The notes beneath the pieces are model-generated. The model was not told the DNA's origin, made no database searches, and saw nothing but the letters and a program-made list of their open reading frames with translations. The position numbers were made by a program, and so were the translations under genes. From Azolla caroliniana (Eukaryota > Plantae > Polypodiophyta): a stretch of DNA of 64,000 nt. The stretch is from the NCBI GenBank assembly GCA_043228905.1, contig JBHGNT010000005.1, forward strand, positions 7,750,001 through 7,814,000, given 5' to 3'. Shown one piece after another: positions 55,001-64,000 of the stretch. Within the stretch, counting starts at the first letter, position 1; each line of letters starts with the position of its first letter.

Positions 55001-57430
55001 TAACTGAGCAATAACTTACTTTACCTAAGGACTTAATCTAAATCTTTAAAGTATTTAAGTGGCAAGAAAGAACACAAAGAGGAACACCACAATCTCTATT
55101 GCTTAAGTTAACAACACTTATTTGAAGTGATCTATCGCAAACGTCTCTTTCCATAGGTCAAAATTGGTCTCTTTATGCACGATAAAAATTCTAATTCTAA
55201 TTGGACTAATTGGGGTGTCTCAACTTTGCATTTGAAAACCTACTGGAGATGTATTTGGGCATTCAAGGGGCCAACTAAATTTATTCTCTTCAAATGTCTA
55301 TCAGTGCATGTGGCATTGCCAGTTGGTCATTCATTGAAAGGGAATGTAACACCCAATCTTAGGCAATGTGGCTTTTGTTATGCAACTTAGGAGGCTACCC
55401 AGCATGTCCTTTGGTCTTGGCTCAACAAGTATGGAATAAAGTTCTTTCTTTATTCCTAACGAGCAATGTTGGTTGCTTGTTTTCATGGGGATCGGTGATG
55501 TGGGGAGTTTTACATTCCAACTTGATGTAGTATGAGGTAGATGATGTTCCCAAGGCCATGATGGTACATAATAGAATATTGATATTAGTTCGCCCCTTTC
55601 AGTAACCTCAAAAGCAGGTGCAATCTGTCCATGTCTGGAAAACAATGATTGTGGTAACATTATGGGCATTAGGGAGATGTAGATGTAACCGACTTTATGA
55701 CGCAATAGATCTTGGTGTCTCATATGTATTGCTCTAGATATGGGAGAATTTGCTTGCAGTAGTCTGTGGTTAGTATGACAATATGCATGGTTCTCTAGAG
55801 AATGTTAATAAGAGAAGGAAGAAGCGTCTTCACTTGTGAAGAAAAATTGACTCTCTTTACAGTGTCAAATCAAGGGTCTCAATGGAACTATAAACTTCCA
55901 TGAACCCTTTCTTGATTATTAGTACACCATGGCAATGTACATCATTAAATTTCAACACCCTTTACAAGTTCCTATATTTGGTCTTAGGATAACTGTACCT
56001 CATTGTACATAAAATATTGTAAGCTCCTAGGCAGATAACTTCAAGTTGTAGCCTTTGGATGTTTTTCTTAGTACTATTGACGAAAATCTTTCTATATATA
56101 TATAATTAATGTTAATCTTATGAGAGAGAGAGAGAGAGCAAACACTCAAGTTTAGAGATGCAAGCCCTTTCCTAGGTTTTACATGAACTATGTCTCCCAT
56201 TACATTGTTTCTTCTAAAGGTAGGGCTTGGAGGATTGCGGGTCATTTTGGAGGGTGTGAGTTAGAGAGAGAATTCTTGTACATCATATTGTACATAGTAT
56301 TGTCATACTGAAACCATTGTCTCTTGTGTTGTGCATTGGTTAAACGTGACCTTTTATCTTTGTGTGTTTGTGTACATGTTCTGACCTTGTTTGTGGCCTT
56401 TGAATTGTATGTGGTTAGCTAGAACATTTGATTTCCCTAACTCCAATAATTCAAGCTTAATAATACTCCCTATCAAACCATTTTTTCTTTGAGCTACAAT
56501 TAGTTGTGTCTTTGCAAGGCACGTGCTTTCAAATTGCATTCTAGTGTTTCTTCATTAAAAATTCTCCTTTATAACACGCTCCCAACCATTTTGATATATT
56601 AGATGCTCTTTTCAAAGTCTATACAATTTGAAAGGTAATTGGCTTGTGAACTTATTTATGCATGCGATCCAAGATACCTTACAAAATAATATGTAGTCAA
56701 TCAAACTATTTCTCTTATGTTTTTATTAGCAAAACCATAACTAACATTCCATAAAGATACACAATTTGCAATGAGCGTTTCAGTACTATTGCACATTTTT
56801 TAGTAGCGACAAATGTTGATATTGATCTTTTTCATTCACCGAAGAGTGACCATACAATATATATCCCGATGTATCCTTAAGAGATGTAGCATGGAATGTT
56901 GTATGTCATGTTGTAAAAGTTGTATACAAGCAATCATGTTACCAAAGACTAACATTTCTAGATTGATATAAGGTTTGCCTTTATTGAAACAAGCATAAAA
57001 GTGAGAATCATGACAAGGTCTAACTACAAAAGTGGGATTTGAATTTTTTTTAATGATATGTAGCATTTATGCTTATCACCTTTGACAATAGAGACGTAAT
57101 CTTCCAATTCTTTCTTAATCAAACATATTACCCCTTTTTTCTCTCGTCATTGTCATAAAGTTTTATCTATATCAAAGTGTACAACCCAAAACTTGATCCT
57201 TTGTGTATCATGCCTCCAAGTTTCAATGAGAAGCATAATCTTTCATTCATAGGCTACCTCACCTTGTTAATTCCTACATTCCATGCATATCCATTGCAAA
57301 TCCAAAAACATAGTTGTAGAATGTGTGAGCTAGTTCTATAGGTCAAGAATTTTTGCATTCCATGTGTATCCATTGCCAATCCAAATACATAGTTGTAGAT
57401 TATGTGAGTTAGTTTTATAGTCAAGAATTT

Positions 57431-57778
57431 TGTTGAGTGAGCAAGCTCAACTGGATTCGGATCGGCTAAAGAAGCCTGAGCCGGATCGACATCTAGAAGG
57501 ATGAGCCGGATCGGTATCCGGATGGTATCCGGAAACAACCGGCCGGATCGGGGAGCCGGATTCGAATGGGAACCGGAAGCCTAGTAGTAGCCTAGACTAC
57601 CAGGTAATCATTGTCTTGTAGTTAGTGTCAGTCGCACGTAGGAATATTGAAGTACTTGTTAGTACTTTTGTCAGTCCTTTATGGACTTGTATAAATAGTG
57701 TTGTTTAGCATGTTGTATGTGCAGAATTTTAGAGTGATATTTTGAATTGAGTTTATGTTATGCTCTCTTTGTGCTCAA
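57431..57778 (+). mobile_element. LTR-like sequence lacking the final CA
   Basis: Starts TGTTGAG, has a CCGG-rich U3-like part and TATAAATA at ~57690, and ends GTGCTCAA (expected CTCAACA); no PBS follows. Confidence 0.6.
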
Positions 57779-59751
57779 TTGTAAAGAGGTTCCAAGTATG
57801 AAAGGTGCAATTGGAAGACATGTTATTGGTTGGATGAAAAGTTAGTTTCAGTTAAATTGTGAAGTAATGCTCACTACAGGTAGGATGCACCTCTTTGATA
57901 ATTACACACGTCGGGAAGTTTATGATGTCTATCAATCAAATATGGTGGGCTCACGTAATAAATCTGTCACATATAGCCAATTCACAAGATTATGGAGAGC
58001 TCAGTTTTCAAATGTTATCATTCCACGTAAAGTACGCATGGGGTATTGCTCCATTTGTGCAAATCTTAAAAGTTTGGCTAAAGGTGCAAAGACATCAATG
58101 GAAAAGGATATGAGTAAGAAGTTACTACACGAGCATCGTGAGGCACAATCGTTAGAACGAAAGAAGGCAATACATCATAGAGAGAAGTGTTTGAAGAGGC
58201 CCGAACAATACATGTGCTTAATGATAGATGGCATGGACCAGAAGAAGACGTGCTTGCCGCATATGCGGAGGCTCCCCAAAGACGTCAATGATGAGTGCCT
58301 TGTTCAAATGCACTTGGTGGGATGCTTGGCTTATAATAGGTCAGTTGGATCTCACGTCTTCATTACATACCCCAATGTTCACAATGACCCTAACCTAACA
58401 GTTACATTGATTCGCCGAGTTTTGATGTCTTGGGGCCAACTGTTCCTCCCTGTTTTATACATTCAATCGGACAATACTACTAGAGAGAACAAAAATTCAA
58501 TTGTGTTTGGCTATCTAAGTATGTTGGTCAACCAAGGATTGTTTAGAAAAGTGAAAGTCAATTTTCTTTTGGTTGGCCACACACATGATCATATAGATAA
58601 GATGTTTAGCACATTCTCTAGGCAGTTGTCTCGGCATGATGCTTTCACATTACCAAAACTATTTGATGTCATTTGTGATGCATATACACCATGCCCAAAA
58701 GTGTTACACTTGAAGGAGGTATATGATTTTAAGAGATATATATCAGATGAGCGTGTTGTGAATGTTAAAATGCTCACAATATTCATCTTCTACAACATGG
58801 GAACCTAGAGGTGGTTGCTAGTTATTACTTTGTATGCTGAGTACAATTGTCCATGGAGCTAAACAAATGCCAATTGATAAGAAAGGACAATTGCATAGTG
58901 ACTTGGTATCGGAACAAAAATGGTTATGGCTCCAAGCCTTAGAAGAAAAAAGAAAGCATATTGAGGCCGTTAAGAAATATGTCGCACAACAAGACACGTC
59001 ATGGTGGGATGTATTTTTTAGTGATCAGAAAGGAATTATAGACAATTGTGTATTTGGTGATAATTGGAATTTGGAAACGCCATTCACATGGTCGCTACAA
59101 CATGATCATGTAAATAAAACTCCAGAGCAACCAACAAATGTGATTAATGACAGTTTGGTCCATCCACAACAAAGAGACATTTATGTGGGACCAAGGATGA
59201 CCAAAGCAGTCGAAGCTAGATGGCAAGGCAATTTGCAAGAGCTCGCGGCGAGGATGTTGATTGCAATGCCGGCTGATGAGAACTCACATGGCCACCAATT
59301 TTGGGTTGGTAAAATTCTAGAAGTGCTAATGCATGAAATAGAAAACACAATCAAGTCTATAAACGTTCATTGGTACAACACTAGAAGTGCAAATGCTTTT
59401 ACAAGTAAGTATACATTGGAGATGATTGAATGCCCAACGACAAGGGGAGGTAGGAAGAGGAAGCGAAACATTCCTAACACCTCGACCCTTGATATCTCTG
59501 ATGTGGATATCATTGTGTATAGCTTCACGCTTACAAAAGCCGAACGATTAACGAAGTCAACAATAGATATAATAAAAGAAAAATTATCAGGTCTACAAGG
59601 TGGATCGCGTCGAAGGCAAACAAGATCTACTACATATAATCTAGAGTCAAACCATTTGGTTTATGACGAAGATAATGCACTGATTGGTACATCCGAGGAG
59701 TATGAGGAGGAATCGTCATTGTATATTAGTTATAGTAGTGATTCTCCGTAA
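57779..59751 (+). mobile_element. Sola-like (DDD) DNA transposase remnant, 5'-truncated and split into two ORFs
   Basis: ORF 57867-58808 has CxxC (CSIC) and three acidic motifs MIDGMDQKK, QSDNTTRENKN, VGHTHDHIDKMFS. ORF 58834-59751 follows in a shifted frame (FWVGKI..VHWY, RKRKR basic patch, acidic tail). In-frame stop just upstream (GWMKS*F). Superfamily assignment is by motif recollection, not a search. Confidence 0.7.
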
Positions 59752-60119
59752 AGGAGTGATCATGAATGTATTTTTGGCTATTAAGTGTAACTACATTCCG
59801 CTTGTAACAAATCGAGTAATATAAAAGCATGTGTTTTGAGTTCTTATGATTTCTAAAAAATCGTTTCTTATAAAATAACATTGGTTGTAAAGTTTGTGAT
59901 ATAAATTGAGAATGTAACTTTTTGAAATTCCTCTTCTTCTTCTTTTTTCTAAATAATGAAAATAGTGGATTTTTAACCTTTTTCATTGTATATTTGAACA
60001 TGTATGATACTGGTGTCAATGTGTTTTGTAAAATCATTGAAAAAGTACTAAAATCAATCAAAATATTCCTTATCCTTCCATTTATGCACGATCCTTCCAC
60101 TTGTGAACTTGAACGTGTT

Positions 60120-63100
60120 ATCCGGCAAAGAGACATGTCGGTTACGGATTACACCACCAAGATAAAGGAGATTTGCGACGTGCTTGGGTCCATCAACGTG
60201 ATGGTGGACGAAGACGAGATGGTACAAATCTGCCTCGGTGGTCTAGCGCAAAGGTATGGACCAATCCGGAGAGCGATCTGCACCTTGGAGAAACCATCGT
60301 CTTTCTTCGACTTGCAATCAATGTTGATGGTCGAAGAAAACCACGTGAGTGGGTCAAGGACCACTCAATCGGACGGCCGGATGTTGTACACAGAGACAAA
60401 TCAGCCCCATGGACGTGGTGGACAAGGTGGATCAGCACACAATGGAGGCAGCCGGCAAGACTAGGACCGAAGGCACAGAGGTGGTGCCGATAGCAGTTCC
60501 GAACCCTCCACAAGCAGGGGGAGTCAAAGCGGCGCCAGGAACCGGCAAGGAAAGGACGACACGGAATGTTGGTACTGTGGTAAAAAGGGCCACAGGAAAA
60601 GCGAGTGCTGGAAGAAGCGCGCTGATTCGGACAAATCCGGATCCGGAAAAACCGATCGGGAGAACTGGCAAAGCTCTCACTACGCGGAAGGATTGGATGG
60701 ATCCGAAACCAAGAAAACCGGTACAGGGCCAGCCTTCGTGATGAAGCACAAGGCTAACTCGATGAAGAAGACTACTTCCAATTTGGAGGAAGTATGGTAC
60801 GTTGATTCTGGAGCGTCCAACCACATGACGAGCCATGAAGAGTGGTTCTCTTTTTTGGAGAAGCCGGAACAACCAACGATTATCGAAACTGGAGACGACA
60901 CCCCTCACCTGATTGTGCATGTCGGAGAAGTCCCTTTAAGCCATGTCGGACAAAAGGGGAAGCTGATGAACATACTACACGTTTCGACTATCACAAAGAA
61001 CCTGGTGTCAATTGGACAAATCGGCAACCAAGGGATGTAGGTGCGGTTTATGCACCTAGGGTTCTTCATCGAGGAAGAAGGTCAGATAATTGCGCAAGGG
61101 TGTAGAGAAGGGAGGATGTTCATCCTCAACACCAATGACGTTGGCATCGCCATGTTTGCCAAAGGGCGGAAGATCGAGTCGAACATCGACCTGTGTTACA
61201 AGCAGATCGGCCACGTCAACTACCGAAGCCTTTAAGACCTGCAATCGAAACAAGTTGTCTTTGGTTTGCCAAAATTTAGCGGCCAAAAGGCCGAAATTTT
61301 GTGAAGCCTGGCAACTCGAGAAGCAACACCGGCTTCCATTCCCCACCAAACGAAACTGGAGCCGTAACAAGCTCGGTCTAATACATTCGGAAGTATGGGG
61401 ACCGACACAAAATGTTAATCTTGGCGGGAGTTGATACTTCGTCTCCTTCATCGACGACTACAGCCGGCACACGTGGATCTACCTCATCGAACGGAAGAGA
61501 GAATTCTTCAAATGTTTCCAGAACTTGCAAAGCTTAGTACAACGGGAAATGGAGAGGAAGTTCAAGTGCTTGCGGTCAGATGGCGGAAAGAATACTTTTC
61601 CGTCCAATTCAAAAGTTATCTGCAACAGAATGGAATTCAAAGAGAATTCAGCTACAGATACACGCCGGAGCAAAACGGTGTGGCTGAAAGGAAGAACCGG
61701 TCGATTGTCGACGCGGCAAGGGCAATGCTAGAGGAGAAGAGCATGCCCCAATTCTACTGGGCTGAGGTGGTCCGAACGGCCGTCTACATCCAAAATCAGA
61801 TGTGAGACAAGGTGTCATCACATGAGTTGTATTTCGGGCGGAAGCCGAATTTGAGACACCTTCGGATATTCAGTAGCATAGCATATGTGCATGTACCGGA
61901 TGAGAAGCAGAAGAAGCTAGATCCAAAGTCGGAGAAATGCATCCTAGTCGGCTACTTGCATGAGCAGAAGGGGTATAAGTGTTATAACCCTCGGACTAAG
62001 CAGGTCTGAGTAACCCGAGATGTGGAGTTTGATGAGACGGCATCATGGTACTCCTTACCGACTCCAACTCCCGACAAAGACCCGATTCCGGAAGTTGAGG
62101 CTAGTGAGCCCGAGGAGGTTCAAGAAGAAGATGAAGACTTCGGCACTCTAGAAGAGAGTCTGATCTCATTCCAGCGTAGTGGACCGAATGAGCGGCTGAG
62201 TCAAGATGACTAGTCGGATGAAGAACTGGCGAGTAGTGGAGACTCTGACGTGCTCTCCCCGCGCAAGGAACCGAGGAGATGGTTCAAGCGCAAAGAGAAG
62301 GGGAAGTAGAAGATGCGGATTACGAAACCAGCAACGTTGAGTCGGATTGGAGCGAATACGACTCCGGAAAGGATGAAGGCGGATCTTCAGGAACGAAGTC
62401 TGAACCGGCCAAGAAGGGCCCCAAACCGGGTGATGACAAGTTACGCCGGTCTTCCCGCTAGAAGAACCCCGTTACGCGGTACGGGTACAATGAGTACATG
62501 GCGCATCACTATGCATACATGACCAAAGTGGCAGAAGTGCATGAGCCGGAGAGCTATGCAGAAGCGGCAAAGAACGCAAATTGGCATGCCGCTATGGAAG
62601 AAGAAATGCGGCCACTCGATGCCAACGACATATGGGACCTCGTTGACCCTCCCCGACACTGTAAACCGATCAGGTGTAAGTGGGTGTACAAGGTAAAGTA
62701 CAATGCCGACGGTTCAGTTAACCGGTACAAGGCCTGGTTAGTGGCGAAGGGATACGCACAGACCCACGGAATCGACTACGACGAGACCTTCGCTCCGGTA
62801 ACGAAGATGACGACGGTTCGTGTGGTACTGGCGGTTGTTGCGGCAAGGGGGTGGCATCTTCACCAGATGGACGTGAAGAATGTGTTTCTTCAAGGTGACC
62901 TTGAAGAACGGGTCTATATGATCCAACCTCCCGGTTTTCAGTCTGAGATGAACAAGTCGACGGTGTGCTGGATTAAGAAGCCGCTTTACGCTCTGAAACA
63001 AGCCCCCCGAGCTTGGAATGCGAAGATTACGCACTGGTTGCATAAGATGGGGTTTGTGACCTCTAAATCGGACTCATCGTTGTTCATCCGGCAAGGTTCA

Positions 63101-64000
63101 GACAGTCCGGTTTGCATCCTACTTTATGTTGATGATTTAGTTATCACCAAACCCAGACTCAATGAAATTGGTCGAATAAAGTCCCAGCTATCAAACGCAT
63201 TTGAAATGAAGGACCTGGGGGACCTTCATTATCTTCTTGGGATCGAGGTGATTTGAACCCCCAATGGCATATTGCTCTCATAACGACACTATGTGTTGAA
63301 TATGTTGTACAAGTTCGGCATGACGGAATGTCGACCTGTGTCCACACCCCTGGACCGGAACCAGAAGCTCTGTCCCAACTCCGGACTGGCCTACGATGAG
63401 AAACAGTTCCGACAAATTGTCTAAAGCCTCATATACCTGACAATCACTCGACCCGACCTCAGTTACCCAGTCGAAGTGATCAGTCAGTTCATGCAGAAGC
63501 CGACCGTCGAGCACCTTCAATGTGCACACCAGATACTCTGGTATGTACGCGGCACAAAGGATCGGGGACTGTTATACCGACACGGTATAGCTGGGAAGCT
63601 AGTCGGATATACCGATGCCAACTAGGTTGGTGATGCATCGGATCGTCGATCCACCTCCGATTACATGTTTTCTCTAGGTAGCATGGCTTTTGCGTGGAGC
63701 AGCAAAAAGCAACCAACAGTGGCGCTATCGAGTAGTGAGGCTGAGTATCGGGGTGCTACCAATGCCACCTGTGAAGCCATCTAGCTTCGGCAACTACTAC
63801 AAGACCTGTGGATTGAGGTACCGACCCTGATCCTTATCTACTGTGACAGCATGAGCAGCATTCAGCTCGCCAAGAACCCCATGTTCCATGCTTGGACGAA
63901 GCACATAGAAGTCCACTATTACTTTGTGCGTGAGCGGGTTTTGAGCGGTGAAGTTGAACTTCGGTATGTTCAGACGGATAGGCAAGTTGTCGATATCTTT
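60120..64000 (+). mobile_element. Ty1/copia LTR retrotransposon internal region, decayed, 5' gag missing, runs off window
   Basis: gag (MSVTDYTTKIKEICD; zinc knuckle CWYCGKKGHRKSEC), protease WYVDSGASNHMT, integrase (HSEVWGP, LRSDGG, PEQNGVAERKNR), RT (WVYKVK, HQMDVK, LKQAPRAW, LLYVDD), RNase H (SKKQPTVALSSSEAEY, KHIEVHYYFVRE) in copia order, with many stops and frameshifts. Confidence 0.96.

Noticed and set aside
52100-57270. Short ORFs in the intergenic region
   Set aside because: No recognisable motifs or consistent exon structure; probably old TE debris.
59922-60464. 180-aa ORF as a host gene
   Set aside because: Chance read-through from AT-rich transposon 3' sequence into copia gag; starts at TTG.

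Overview
Eukaryotic land-plant genomic DNA, probably a seed-free vascular plant such as a fern (inferred from intron-rich genes, a PLS-class PPR gene and the TE content; not proven). Bases 527-35095 hold the 3' ~1509 codons of a GSL8/GSL10-type callose synthase (GT48). I traced 42 GT-AG exons in frame with no stop codon, and the gene starts upstream of the window. Many normally invariant active-site motifs are substituted, while the putative catalytic ED motif is retained. Its introns contain many RTEX-clade LINE pieces, including a near-identical inverted pair, plus hAT-like MITEs, solo LTRs and a 5.8S rRNA pseudogene split by a solo LTR. Downstream are a 10-exon poly(A)-binding protein gene (+), a PLS-E PPR gene (+) and an intronless subfamily VIII bHLH gene (-). 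The window ends with an LTR, a Sola-like DDD transposase remnant and a decayed Ty1/copia element running off the edge. Exon and TE coordinates were read by eye, and TE boundaries without TSDs are approximate.
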